DNA of 64,000 bases, from NCBI GenBank assembly GCA_003670475.1, contig QWRJ01000004.1, positions 622 through 64,621 on the forward strand, written 5' to 3'. Each line of letters opens with the position of its first letter. Positions within the stretch are counted from its first letter, which is position 1. The DNA comes from Candidatus Limnocylindrus sp. ZSMar2m-chloro-G89 (GTDB taxonomy: Bacteria; Chloroflexota; Limnocylindria; Limnocylindrales; Limnocylindraceae). The notes below the pieces were generated by a model. That model worked only from the letters and a program-made list of their open reading frames with translations. It was not told where the DNA came from and searched no databases. This document shows, in pieces, positions 35,136 to 44,365 of this stretch. A program made the position numbers and the translations under genes.

Positions 35136-36560
35136 CTATTCGCTTCGCACCATGATGTGCTTCGCCACCGTGTAGTCCTCAAGCGCGTACATGGACTGAT
35201 CCTTCCCGTAGCCAGACTGCTTAAAGCCGCCGTGCGGCATCTCGCTCGCTAGCGTGAAGTGATCATTCACCCAGACGGTGCCGAACTGCAGCGCCTTGGA
35301 GACCTTGAAGGCACGTGCCACATCGTTCGTCCAGATCGACGAGGCGAGGCCGAAGCGGCAGTCGTTCGCCCACTCCACCATCTGCTCTTCGCTCTTCGCA
35401 CGCTGCACCGTGACCACTGGGCCGAATACTTCGTCCTGCACAATCTCCGAAGACTGCGCCGGTCCCGCAATAATGGTTGGGGCGTAATAATGCCCCTTTG
35501 ATCGAATCGTCTTGCCACCAAGGACGATCTCCGCCTTCTTGCTGGCGCGGCTGACGAAGCCTTCAACGCGCGTCAGCTGCTCTGCGCTGATCAGCGAACC
35601 CATCTCAGTGGCCTTATCCGTTGTCGCCCCTACCTTGATCGTCTTCACCTGCTGCTCAAGGAGCGCCACGAACTTTTCGTACGACTTTGGCCCCACCACG
35701 ATGCGGCAGGCTGCGGTGCAGTCTTGCCCCGCGTTCCAGAAGCTCGCCGCGCGCATCGTCTCAGCGGCAAGTTCAAGATTGGCATCGTCAAAGATGAGGA
35801 CGGGCGCCTTTCCGCCGAGCTCCAGATGTAGGCGCTTCACGCTCTCCGCACCAGCGGCGGCAATCCGCTTCCCCGTTGCCGTGTCGCCGGTGACGGAGAC
35901 CATGTCAATGCCCGGGTGACGCGAGAGTGCCGCGCCAACTTCTGAACCAGGTCCGGTGATGACGTTCAAGACGCCTGGCGGCAGGATCTCCTGCGCCAGC
36001 TTGCCGAGCATCAGCGCACTGATCGGGGTTCGCGCTGAAGGCTTCAAGACGATGGTGTTACCAGTTGCGAGCGCTGGACCGATCTTCCAGCCCGCCATCA
36101 GGAGCGGATAGTTCCACGGCGCAATGGAGGCGATCACGCCAACCGGATCGCGACGGATCATGCTCGTTCGCCCAGGGAGGTACTCGGCGACCGCCTTCCC
36201 CTCCATGTTGCGCGCAGCGCCGGCGAAGTAGCGCAGGTTATCGACCACCGCATCAACCTCAACGCCAACGGCGCTAATCGGCTTCCCCGCGTTCTGCGAT
36301 TCAGCAACAACAAACTTTCGCTTCTGCGACTCAAGCGCATCGGCAAGCTTCAGCAGCGCAAGGCTCCGCTCACCTGGCGTGGTAGACGACCAGGAGGGGA
36401 AGGCGGCACGAGCGGCGGCAACCGCTGCGTTGATGTCCTCTTTGCCGCTGTGCGGCACCGTTGCAATCTTGGCGCGCGTTGACGGATCCTCAACGCTGAG
36501 GGTCTTCCCCGACTTCGCGGCGACCGCCTTACCGTTGATGTACTGCTTGAAGACCGCCAT
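35136..36560 (-). CDS. NAD(P)-dependent aldehyde dehydrogenase
   Basis: ELGGKAP contains the catalytic Glu and NAGQDCTAACR the catalytic Cys. AAGGAGGGG precedes the ATG. Confidence 0.92.
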   Translation of the reverse strand: MAVFKQYINGKAVAAKSGKTLSVEDPSTRAKIATVPHSGKEDINAAVAAARAAFPSWSSTTPGERSLALLKLADALESQKRKFVVAESQNAGKPISAVGVEVDAVVDNLRYFAGAARNMEGKAVAEYLPGRTSMIRRDPVGVIASIAPWNYPLLMAGWKIGPALATGNTIVLKPSARTPISALMLGKLAQEILPPGVLNVITGPGSEVGAALSRHPGIDMVSVTGDTATGKRIAAAGAESVKRLHLELGGKAPVLIFDDANLELAAETMRAASFWNAGQDCTAACRIVVGPKSYEKFVALLEQQVKTIKVGATTDKATEMGSLISAEQLTRVEGFVSRASKKAEIVLGGKTIRSKGHYYAPTIIAGPAQSSEIVQDEVFGPVVTVQRAKSEEQMVEWANDCRFGLASSIWTNDVARAFKVSKALQFGTVWVNDHFTLASEMPHGGFKQSGYGKDQSMYALEDYTVAKHIMVRSE

Positions 36561-36646
36561 GACCCCTCCTTGACTTCACACATCGGGGGCAGCGCCCACC
36601 GAAGATTGCCGCTAGCCTACCGCCGCCCAGCCCAGCCTGGGGAGGG

Positions 36647-36674
36647 GTGGCGCACGCCCTGTGGCGCACACCCC
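36647..36674. repeat. tandem direct repeat GTGGCGCAC(G/A)CCC(T/C) x2 in a divergent promoter region
   Basis: The sequence reads gtggcgcacgccct gtggcgcacacccc. It ends 10 nt upstream of the TAGGAT -10 box of the ACT-protein gene. Confidence 0.7.
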
Positions 36675-36684
36675 GCTGCGGCGC

Positions 36685-36690
36685 TAGGAT
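36685..36690 (+). promoter_or_regulatory. candidate -10 box TAGGAT, 6 nt before ATG 36697 (ACT protein)
   Basis: The sequence reads TAGGATccactcATG. Confidence 0.45.
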
Positions 36691-36696
36691 CCACTC

Positions 36697-37083
36697 ATGT
36701 CAAGACAGTTCGTGATCCAGCTCGCGCATAAGCCAGGCTCCCTCGCCGCGCTCTGCCGCGAGCTTGAGGCGAAGTCCGTCGACCTGAAGGCGATCGGCGG
36801 CGGTGGCGTTGGAGAACACGGCCACGTCATCCTGAAGACCGCTGATGACGCCGCAACGCGCGAGGTGCTGAAGGCGGGCGGATATGAATTCATTGAGGGC
36901 GACTCCGTCCTGGCAGAGGTTGATGACAAGCCGGGCGGCATGCTCTCCGTGCTTGAGCGACTCTCAAACGCTGGAGTGAACGTCTACGGCCACCTCTTCA
37001 CCGGACGATGGGGCGATCGCGCCACCTTCTCATTCGTTGTTGATGATCCAGAGAAGGCGCGCGCCGCACTCGAGAAGGCGTAA
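36697..37083 (+). CDS. ACT-domain-like small regulatory protein
   Basis: It has two beta-alpha-beta-beta-alpha-beta-like halves (QLAHKPGSLAALCREL and VDDKPGGMLSVLERL). The ATG sits 6 nt after TAGGAT. Confidence 0.6.
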   Translation: MSRQFVIQLAHKPGSLAALCRELEAKSVDLKAIGGGGVGEHGHVILKTADDAATREVLKAGGYEFIEGDSVLAEVDDKPGGMLSVLERLSNAGVNVYGHLFTGRWGDRATFSFVVDDPEKARAALEKA

Positions 37084-37116
37084 CTCAACCGCAACGCCAC
37101 AGGCGTCACCTTCAGC

Positions 37117-37941
37117 TCACGCCTTACCGATAAACTCCAGAATCTTCTCCACCGCATCCTGATAGCGCAGCGTTGCGAACGGGTGATGGTTGAACCCCTC
37201 AAGCGGCTGATAGTGAACCCTACCGAGCGAGCCGATCGGCTCACACCACTCTGGCCGAACCAAGCGATCGCGCGTCCCGTGAATCACTAGTGTTTCAACT
37301 GGGAAGTCACCACCGCGTGCAACCACTGCGCGGGCCGCGCGTTGCGCGCGGAAGCCTTCATCACCGAGTCGCGTCGTTACGGCGCGAAGGTATGGGGGCG
37401 GCTCTGGATCTTCATTTGGCAGACGCTCTCCCGGATCCGTGTCGGCACCAATCCCCGTTGGAATGCGCAACATTGGAGCGACGCGGGAGAGGATCGGAGC
37501 AACAACTCGCTTCCAGGTGGCGATATCTGCCTCAAGCGCTGGAGCGGAGAGGACCAACTTGTCTGGAGCAATACGCCCTGCAGCAGCTGCGCCGAAGGCG
37601 ATCAGGCCGCCCATGCTGTGCGCCGCAACGACAAGTGGACGACCCTCACTTTTGAGCGCATCAACCTGCTCGGTGAGATCGTCGTGATATCGACTCCAGC
37701 GCGAGACATAGCCGCGCGGGCCCTCAGAGCGCCCATGCCCACGGAGGTCCCAGGTGACCGTCCGCCAGCCAGCCTGCGCAAAGGCGCGTGCCGCCTGGAT
37801 ATAGCGCGACGAGTCCTCGCCGATGCCGTGCCCGAGGAGGAGGTCGCCAATCGGCGCAGCCACAGGGCGGTAGACGCGGCGATAAAGCAGCAGGCCGTCG
37901 CTCGCGCGGAAGGGGTCAAGTTCGATCTTTACCGCATCCAT
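37117..37941 (-). CDS. alpha/beta hydrolase (lysophospholipase/monoacylglycerol-lipase-like)
   Basis: AHSMGG is the GxSxG nucleophile elbow and an HG motif is present early in the sequence. The ATG sits 7 nt after TAGGAT. Confidence 0.82.
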   Translation of the reverse strand: MDAVKIELDPFRASDGLLLYRRVYRPVAAPIGDLLLGHGIGEDSSRYIQAARAFAQAGWRTVTWDLRGHGRSEGPRGYVSRWSRYHDDLTEQVDALKSEGRPLVVAAHSMGGLIAFGAAAAGRIAPDKLVLSAPALEADIATWKRVVAPILSRVAPMLRIPTGIGADTDPGERLPNEDPEPPPYLRAVTTRLGDEGFRAQRAARAVVARGGDFPVETLVIHGTRDRLVRPEWCEPIGSLGRVHYQPLEGFNHHPFATLRYQDAVEKILEFIGKA

Positions 37942-37948
37942 CGCCAGG

Positions 37949-37954
37949 ATCCTA
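37949..37954 (-). promoter_or_regulatory. candidate -10 box TAGGAT, 7 nt before ATG 37941 (alpha/beta hydrolase)
   Basis: The minus strand reads TAGGATcctggcgATG. Confidence 0.45.
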
Positions 37955-37998
37955 CACTTAGGGGGATGGGCCGCAAGCGCCTAGATTCGGAGGCTGGG

Positions 37999-39408
37999 AT
38001 GAGCGACGCAAAGGGTGCAGGGATCCGCAGCGAGCGCGACTCGTTCGGCGCCATCGACGTGCCAAGTGAGCACCACTGGGGGGCGCAGACAGCCCGGTCA
38101 CTGCAGTTCTTCGCCATCGGCGAAGAGGAGATGCCGCGCCGCATCATCAGCGCCCTTGCGCTGGTAAAGCGCGCCGCCGCAGAGACGAACGCTGAGCTCG
38201 GCCTCCTCCCAAAAGAGAGCGCGGCGCTGATCGCAAAAGCGGCAGACGAGATCCTCTCTGGGAACCTCGCCGACGAGTTCCCGCTCTCCGTCTGGCAGAC
38301 CGGCTCAGGGACGCAGAGCAACATGAATGTCAACGAGGTGATCGCCTCGCGCGCAAATGAGGCGGCAACGGGGACGCGCGGCGGGAAGAGCCCGATTCAT
38401 CCGAACGACCACGTCAACCTCTCGCAATCCTCCAATGATGTCTTCCCTACCGCAATCCATATCGCCGCAGTACTTGCGATCAGCGAAGAGCTGCTCCCTG
38501 CACTGAAGCAGCTCCAGTCATCCGTTGCGTCGAAGGCTGCCGCCTGGTCCAACATCGTCAAGATCGGTCGCACACATCTGCAAGATGCGGTGCCACTCAC
38601 GCTCGGCCAGGAGTTTGGCGCTCATGCGTCGGCACTCGCTGCAAACCTTGAACGCATCAGCGCCGCCACCGCTGGGCTGCACCCTCTCGCACTCGGCGGC
38701 ACCGCCGTGGGGACTGGGCTAAACAGCCACCCAGATTTTTCCGCAAGCGCAATCAAGAAGATCGCCGCCGCCACAAAGCAGCCATTTGTTGGTGCAGCAG
38801 ATAAGTTTGCGGCGCTTGCAGGCCAAGAGCCAACGCTGCAACTCTCCGCTACGCTGCGGACGCTTGCCGCAACGCTGACGAAGCTCGCCAACGATGTGCG
38901 CTGGCTCGCCTCTGGTCCGCGCGCTGGCCTTGGAGAACTCAACATTCCAGAGAACGAGCCTGGTTCCTCAATCATGCCGGGGAAGGTGAACCCAACCCAG
39001 GCTGAGGCGCTCACGATGGTCTGCGCGCAGGTCTACGGCCTTGATGCGGCGATCGCTTTTGCGGCGAGCCAGGGGAACTTCCAGCTGAACGTCTACAAGC
39101 CGCTGATCGCGCACAACCTGCTGCTGCAGATTCGGCTCCTTGCTGATGCCTCGCGCTCCTTCGCGCTGCACTGCATCGATGGGACCGAGCCGAACCGCGA
39201 ACGAATCGGCGAACTTCTGAACGCATCACTCATGTTGGTGACGGCGCTGACGCCAGCGATCGGCTACGACAAGGCGGCGGAGATTGCGAAGAGCGCTCAT
39301 GCGAGTGGCGCTACGCTACGCGAGACAGCGCTGAAGCTCGGCTATGTGAGTGCCGAGGAGTACGACAGGCTGGTACAGCCGGCGAAGATGACAGGGCCGC
39401 AGCGATGA
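37999..39408 (+). CDS. fumC: class II fumarate hydratase
   Basis: GSSIMPGKVNP is the signature sequence, and the N-terminus is DSFGAIDVPSEHHWGAQTARS. ATG 37999 is preceded by GGAGG. The 688-aa track ORF is an upstream read-through. Confidence 0.93.
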   Translation: MSDAKGAGIRSERDSFGAIDVPSEHHWGAQTARSLQFFAIGEEEMPRRIISALALVKRAAAETNAELGLLPKESAALIAKAADEILSGNLADEFPLSVWQTGSGTQSNMNVNEVIASRANEAATGTRGGKSPIHPNDHVNLSQSSNDVFPTAIHIAAVLAISEELLPALKQLQSSVASKAAAWSNIVKIGRTHLQDAVPLTLGQEFGAHASALAANLERISAATAGLHPLALGGTAVGTGLNSHPDFSASAIKKIAAATKQPFVGAADKFAALAGQEPTLQLSATLRTLAATLTKLANDVRWLASGPRAGLGELNIPENEPGSSIMPGKVNPTQAEALTMVCAQVYGLDAAIAFAASQGNFQLNVYKPLIAHNLLLQIRLLADASRSFALHCIDGTEPNRERIGELLNASLMLVTALTPAIGYDKAAEIAKSAHASGATLRETALKLGYVSAEEYDRLVQPAKMTGPQR

Positions 39409-40481
39409 GCCCGACGATGGATTCCAAGCGGCTGCGCATCGGCGTTCTCACTGGCGGCGGTGACTGCCCTGGACTTAACCCTGCGATCCGCGCCGTTGTG
39501 CGGCGCGCCGAATCTGGCGGGCATAGCGTCATCGGGATCATGGACGGCTGGGCTGGACTTGCGAATCCTGCGGCAACGCTGACACGGCCACTCGATCGCA
39601 ACGAAGTGCGCGGCATCCAGACACGCGGCGGCACGATCATCGGATCTAGCCGCACCAATCTACTTAAGCGTGAGGGCGGACTTGATGCGGCAGAGGCGTC
39701 AATCAAGGGCCTCGGACTCGATGCGCTCGTTGTCATTGGTGGTGACGACACCCTCTCCGTTGCGGCGGGCCTTGCGAAGCGTGGCGCCGCCGTGGTGGCA
39801 ATCCCGAAGACGATGGATAACGACGTCTGGGGGACAGAGGGCTGCCTCGGCTTCGACACCGCCGCCAACATCGTCACAGAGGCACTCGACCGCATCCAGA
39901 CCACCACCTCATCGCACCACCGTGTTGCCGTTGTTGAGGTGATGGGGCGAGATGCGGGCTGGGTCGCCGCATGGGGCGGACTCGCCGGCGGCGCCGATGC
40001 GATCCTCGTCCCCGAGTCGCCAGTTGACTCCGCCGAAATTGATCGACTCGTTGAACTTGTCACGCGGCGCCGCAACTACGCCACCGGCGCATCCGTGATC
40101 GTGGTCTCCGAAGGGGTGCAGCTGCCAGAGGCGCTGCTCAACTTGAGCGGCGACGTCCCGCGCGATGAGTTCGGTCATCCACGCTTGGACAAGATCGCCG
40201 TTGGCGATGCGATCGCCGCGATCCTTGAAGAGCGGACCGGCCTTGAGGTGCGCTGCACCAGGCTCGGCCACCTGCAGCGTGGCGGTCCCCCATCTGCCGC
40301 CGATCGCGTACTCGGCGCACGCTACGGCGTTGCCGCCGTTGACGCGCTGGAGACGGGACGCTGGGGCGTGATGGTCGCACTTCGCGCCGGTGAGATCGTT
40401 GAGGTTCCGCTCGCCGAAGTTGGCGGAAAGAACCGCCCACTCGACGCAAGCTATCTGCGTATCTTTGATTCACTCGCCTGA
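39405..40481 (+). CDS. pfkA: 6-phosphofructokinase (ATP- or PPi-dependent, PfkA family)
   Basis: The motifs RIGVLTGGGDCPGLNPAIRAVV, GGDDT, PKTMDND and MGRDAGW are present. It overlaps the fumC stop by 4 nt. Confidence 0.92.
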   Translation: MSPTMDSKRLRIGVLTGGGDCPGLNPAIRAVVRRAESGGHSVIGIMDGWAGLANPAATLTRPLDRNEVRGIQTRGGTIIGSSRTNLLKREGGLDAAEASIKGLGLDALVVIGGDDTLSVAAGLAKRGAAVVAIPKTMDNDVWGTEGCLGFDTAANIVTEALDRIQTTTSSHHRVAVVEVMGRDAGWVAAWGGLAGGADAILVPESPVDSAEIDRLVELVTRRRNYATGASVIVVSEGVQLPEALLNLSGDVPRDEFGHPRLDKIAVGDAIAAILEERTGLEVRCTRLGHLQRGGPPSAADRVLGARYGVAAVDALETGRWGVMVALRAGEIVEVPLAEVGGKNRPLDASYLRIFDSLA

Positions 40482-40483
40482 TC

Positions 40484-41167
40484 ATGGCGACACTCATCCT
40501 GGTCCGCCATGCACGCACCGCGGAGACGGGGACCCTCCTCAGCGGCAGAAAAGCGGGCATCCCGCTGAGTGCACAGGGGGTCCGCGAGGCGAAGGCACTC
40601 GGGGAACGCCTCTCCAGCATTCCTCTCGCTGGAATCATTAGCTCTCCAATGCAGCGCTGCCTTGAGACGGTTGAGGCGATCCGCTCCACACGTAGCACCA
40701 GCGTCTCAGCGCGACCCTCCGTGGAGATTGAAGAGCGAATCACCGAAGTGGACTACGGGAAGTGGACTGGCAAGGAGCTGAAGGTCTTGGCAAAAGATCC
40801 GCTCTGGTCCACCGTGCAGCGCCAACCCTCCGCAATGCAATTTCCCGACGGCGAGTCTCTCCGCGCTGCGGCGACGCGCGCAACTGAGGCAATCCGTGCG
40901 TGGGATGCCCGCTTCAAGGACGATGAGATCTGGCTTGCCGCAAGTCACGGTGACATCATCAAGGCGATCGTCTCTGAGGCAACAGGTGCACCACTCGATC
41001 TCTTTCAGCGAATCGCAATTGACCCCGCCAGCATCACCGTGATCCGTTTCGGTTCCGAGCGCCCAACAATCCTTCGACTAAATGAATCAGCCGCTGGCAT
41101 TGAATCGCTCTTCGCCCCAAAGGAGAAGCGCCGCTCGCTCTTTGGACGACTGCGCGGAGACAACTAA
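40484..41167 (+). CDS. histidine-phosphatase-superfamily protein (MSMEG_4193-type putative phosphomutase)
   Basis: LILVRHARTAETG is an RHG-type motif and a later SHGD is present. There is a 2-nt gap after pfk. Confidence 0.75.
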   Translation: MATLILVRHARTAETGTLLSGRKAGIPLSAQGVREAKALGERLSSIPLAGIISSPMQRCLETVEAIRSTRSTSVSARPSVEIEERITEVDYGKWTGKELKVLAKDPLWSTVQRQPSAMQFPDGESLRAAATRATEAIRAWDARFKDDEIWLAASHGDIIKAIVSEATGAPLDLFQRIAIDPASITVIRFGSERPTILRLNESAAGIESLFAPKEKRRSLFGRLRGDN

Positions 41168-41730
41168 TGGCGCGCAAGATTCTCACCTTTGATCCTCCAG
41201 ATCGCTTCATTGCAGGCACGCTTGGCGAACCCGGGAAGCGCGTCTTCCATCTGCAGGCGATCGGTGGTGGACGAGCCGCAACCGTGGTGGTTGAGAAGAC
41301 GCAGGTGGCGATCCTTGCACGACGTATCGCCGAGATGCTGAAAGACCTTGGCGAGGGTTCTGCGGCACTGAAGATCCCCGCGGCTGACTCGCCACTCTCA
41401 CTCACCCAGCCACGTCTGAGCGAGCCCGTAGATCCCGCCTTCCGTGTTGGCACGATCGCTCTCGCCTGGGATCCATCCGTGAACCGCCTGATTCTTGAGT
41501 TCCGCGACGACATGAGTGAGGAGGAGGCGTCAGACGCGCCGCCACCAATCAACGATGCGCCAGACGGTCCAGACGTTCTGCGCGTCTCCCTCACCGTTGC
41601 CGCGGCCCTCGCCTTTGCCGAACAGTCGCTGCAACTCGCCGCCGCCGGTCGCCCACCCTGCCCAAACTGTGGCGTCCCACTTGAGGCCACCGGGCATCGC
41701 TGTGCTCGCAAGGCCGCCTACCTGAACTAA
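41167..41730 (+). CDS. DUF3090-like protein
   Basis: FDPPDRFIAGTLGEPGKRVFHLQA and the C-terminal CPNCGVPLEATGHRCARK match my recollection of DUF3090. It shows a TAATG overlap with the upstream gene. Confidence 0.65.
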   Translation: MARKILTFDPPDRFIAGTLGEPGKRVFHLQAIGGGRAATVVVEKTQVAILARRIAEMLKDLGEGSAALKIPAADSPLSLTQPRLSEPVDPAFRVGTIALAWDPSVNRLILEFRDDMSEEEASDAPPPINDAPDGPDVLRVSLTVAAALAFAEQSLQLAAAGRPPCPNCGVPLEATGHRCARKAAYLN

Positions 41731-41738
41731 CGCACTCC

Positions 41739-42512
41739 GTGGCCTCCTCAGACGCGTCGGCGCTCCTGCCGATCCCAGGCGGCGCAATCAGCACAAACGA
41801 TGCGCTTGCAGCAATGCGCAGCGCGAGCGGGCTCCACCCGATCGGCCGGCTCACCGACGCCAGCAACGCCACCTTCCTCTGTGAACTAGAAGGCGTTAAG
41901 CCTGCGCTGCAAGTGATCTACAAGCCGATCCGCGGCGAGCGACCGCTCTGGGACTTCCCCGAAGGGACCCTTGCTGGACGCGAGGTTGCCGCCTTCGAGG
42001 TGAGCGAAGCGCTCGGACTGCGCGTTGTCCCGCCAACCATTCTGCGCGATGGGCCAGCTGGCGAGGGTGCCGTCCAACTCTGGATCGAGCACCTTGGCGT
42101 GGAGGTTGCGATTGCGGCGGTGAACGCCGCAGATGCGTCGCTCCGCCCGATCGCACTCTTTGACGCGATCGTGAACAACGGTGACCGCAAGGCGGGGCAC
42201 CTCCTCCCGATCAGCGCAACTCAATACCTCGGCGTTGACCATGGCGTCACCTTCTCAACCGAACCGAAGCTTCGCACCGTGCTCTGGGAGTGGCGCAGTG
42301 AGCCACTCAACGAATCGGAGTTAGTCGCGCTGCGTGCTGGCACGGCGGCACTCGCCAACAACGAACCTGGCGGACTGAACGAACGTCTCGCAGCACTGAT
42401 CAGCGCCGAAGAGCGCGACGCACTCCGCGCGCGTACTGAAGAGCTGCTGGAGCGCGGCACCTTCCCCGAGCCTTCGCCCGATTGGCCGCCGCTCCCCTGG
42501 CCGCTGATCTAG
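41739..42512 (+). CDS. SCO1664-family / PI3-PI4-kinase-like protein
   Basis: FDAIVNNGDRKAGHLL resembles a catalytic loop and LGVDHGVTF a DxG motif. It starts at a GTG 8 nt after the DUF3090 stop. Confidence 0.65.
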   Translation: MASSDASALLPIPGGAISTNDALAAMRSASGLHPIGRLTDASNATFLCELEGVKPALQVIYKPIRGERPLWDFPEGTLAGREVAAFEVSEALGLRVVPPTILRDGPAGEGAVQLWIEHLGVEVAIAAVNAADASLRPIALFDAIVNNGDRKAGHLLPISATQYLGVDHGVTFSTEPKLRTVLWEWRSEPLNESELVALRAGTAALANNEPGGLNERLAALISAEERDALRARTEELLERGTFPEPSPDWPPLPWPLI

Positions 42513-42519
42513 ATCTACT

Positions 42520-42537
42520 CCGTAGGCTCCCCTACGG
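42520..42537. terminator. hairpin at the convergent gene ends (SCO1664-like gene and ABC substrate-binding gene)
   Basis: CCGTAG-gctccc-CTACGG has a 6-bp stem that is extendable with a bulge. It overlaps the stop codon of the substrate-binding gene. There is no clear U-tract. Confidence 0.3.
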
Positions 42538-43575
42538 GAGGAGCGACTCGTCAATCAGTTCATCAACGCTGAGATCAGCGCGGACGTTCTGGTCTGGTAG
42601 CGCCTGCAGGAACTTCATTGAGGTGGCCCACCCGTCGCGATCAATTGCACCGAGACCGTTTGCAACCTGAATCGGCCCGCGCCAGATCTTGATTGTTGCC
42701 TCCATCACAGCAAGGGCACGAGCGCTCGCCACAGCATCTGCGATCAGTTCTGGGACAACCTGGCCTGCAGCGTCGACGCCAAGCTGAGGGCTGGCGGCGA
42801 TCTGCTCCATTGCATCGAGCGTCACACGAATAAAGGCGCGAATCACCTCGCCCTTTGTGCTGATCGTTGCTGGCGAACTGATGAGCCCTGGGCCAGCAAA
42901 CGGAGCGGAGGCAGAGGCGTAGAAGACGCTGAGCTCCAGCCCCGCCGCCTCAGCCTGCACAAGATCGTTGTTGGCGAAGCCGGTCGCCGCGTCAGCGACA
43001 CCGCTGATCAACGCCTGCGTCTGTCCAAAATCTGGGTAGAGCTCAAGCTGGATGTCGCCAATTCCGAGGCCAGCATCACCAAGGATGCCGAGCAGCGTCA
43101 GGTAGCCAGATCCATACTGGCCCGGCGTTGCAACCTTCTTGCCAGCAAGGTCGCTCGCACTCGTAATCCCCGCATCAGCGCGCGCGATCACGACGTTCGG
43201 CAGGATGCCGTAGATGGTGGTGATGTAGCGCACAGGGATCCCCTGAGAAACGGCAGGAATCACGCTCGTCCCGTCAGCGAGCGCAAGGTCAATCCCGCCA
43301 CTCCCCACCAGGCTAATCAGGTCTGGATCGATCTGGTTCTGTAGTGTCACATTGAGTCCAGCCGCCTCATATGCGCCGCTCTGCTGCGCCAGATAGAAGG
43401 GCGAAAACTGAACTCCAGGGATGTAGCCGAGTCCAACGCTGAGCGCTGTCCGCTCCGCTCCTTGCGTTGGTGTTGCCGAAGAGGAGGTTGAACCACCACA
43501 CGCAGAGAGGAGCGTGGCGGCAACGAGTAGAAGTGCGCCTGCGCGGAAGCTGCGGAGATTTTTACGAGGCAACAT
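42532..43575 (-). CDS. ABC transporter substrate-binding lipoprotein, NMT1/THI5-like (NitT/TauT family)
   Basis: It has the lipobox LLSACGG and the motif LGYIPGVQFSPFYLAQQSGAYEAAGL. ATG 43575 is preceded by AAGGAGAG. Confidence 0.8.
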   Translation of the reverse strand: MLPRKNLRSFRAGALLLVAATLLSACGGSTSSSATPTQGAERTALSVGLGYIPGVQFSPFYLAQQSGAYEAAGLNVTLQNQIDPDLISLVGSGGIDLALADGTSVIPAVSQGIPVRYITTIYGILPNVVIARADAGITSASDLAGKKVATPGQYGSGYLTLLGILGDAGLGIGDIQLELYPDFGQTQALISGVADAATGFANNDLVQAEAAGLELSVFYASASAPFAGPGLISSPATISTKGEVIRAFIRVTLDAMEQIAASPQLGVDAAGQVVPELIADAVASARALAVMEATIKIWRGPIQVANGLGAIDRDGWATSMKFLQALPDQNVRADLSVDELIDESLLP

Positions 43576-43612
43576 CAGGTTCTCTCCTTCGTACAGCACG
43601 CGGTTACGAGTG

Positions 43613-44365
43613 TTACCGCGTCAGCCTCAATGTTAGCCGTTCTACAAAAAGTACAAGTCCGTACGCGCTCACGCCAAGGATCGCAATCTGCAGCAGCGCA
43701 GCGAATAGAAGCGGCGTGTCAAAGAGGGATCCGCGCGCCAGATTCAAAAGAATGCCCAGCCCCGCGGTCCCGCCAAGCCACTCCCCCACAATCACGCCAA
43801 CAACGGCAAGCGTTGCGGCCACTCGTGCGCCGGCGAAGATGCCGTTGCGTGCACTTGGAAGCCTGATCAACAGCAGTGACTGGGCGCGGGAAGCGCCGAT
43901 CGAGCGGCCAAGCTCAAGGAGGCCCCGGTCTGCGTCGCGGACCGCAACCAGCGTTGCGATCGCCATAGGGAAGAGGGTGATGAGCGCGCAGATCGCGATC
44001 TTTGCCGTAGCGCCAGGCCCGAACCAAAGAACGAGGAGTGGGCCAAGCGCCAGGATTGGCGTTGACTGTGCAGCAACAAGATACGGACTTGCGAGTCGTC
44101 GAGCCGCACCGGAAAGGCCGAGACCGATCCCGATCAATAGCCCGAGCGTCCCGCCGAGCAGCCCGCCTACCGTCACCTCCATCACGGTTGGGACGAGATG
44201 GCGCATCATCGTTCCGTCACCCCACGCCTGGGCAAAGCGTGCCGCCACGAGTGAGGGGGGCGGCAGGATAAATGTGGCAACACCGCTCACGCGTACGCCA
44301 ACCTCCCATGCGCCAAGTAGAAGAAGTCCGATCAGCGCTGGCTGAACGCGGTGGAGGCTACGCAC
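43613..44365 (-). CDS. ABC transporter permease (NitT/TauT family)
   Basis: It is a multi-TM BPD-type permease. I chose the GTG at 44365, which overlaps the ATPase stop. The exact start is uncertain. Confidence 0.75.
   Translation of the reverse strand: MRSLHRVQPALIGLLLLGAWEVGVRVSGVATFILPPPSLVAARFAQAWGDGTMMRHLVPTVMEVTVGGLLGGTLGLLIGIGLGLSGAARRLASPYLVAAQSTPILALGPLLVLWFGPGATAKIAICALITLFPMAIATLVAVRDADRGLLELGRSIGASRAQSLLLIRLPSARNGIFAGARVAATLAVVGVIVGEWLGGTAGLGILLNLARGSLFDTPLLFAALLQIAILGVSAYGLVLFVERLTLRLTR

Noticed and set aside
37342-37998. The 688-aa track ORF suggested a fumarase with a 219-aa N-terminal extension.
   Set aside because: The extension is antisense to the alpha/beta hydrolase gene and has no fumarase similarity. 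ATG 37999 is preceded by GGAGG and gives a normal 469-aa FumC. The same reasoning led me to trim ORFs 14564.., ..11908, ..12884, ..51843, ..6194 and 51572...
39311-40075. There are long ORFs antisense to well-supported genes. Examples are 39311..40075 (254 aa, antisense to pfk), 53378..54256 (292 aa, cofD), 43467..44345 (292 aa, ABC permease), 56512..57345 (277 aa, YibE/F-like), 9846..10655 (269 aa, carA and tRNA-Lys), 20635..21411 and 21607..22332 (ptsI), and 5999..6667 (carB).
   Set aside because: They are Arg/Ala/Ser/Pro-rich low-complexity translations with no motifs. Each fully overlaps a gene with strong family signatures. They are the shadow ORFs expected from stop-codon depletion in high-GC DNA.
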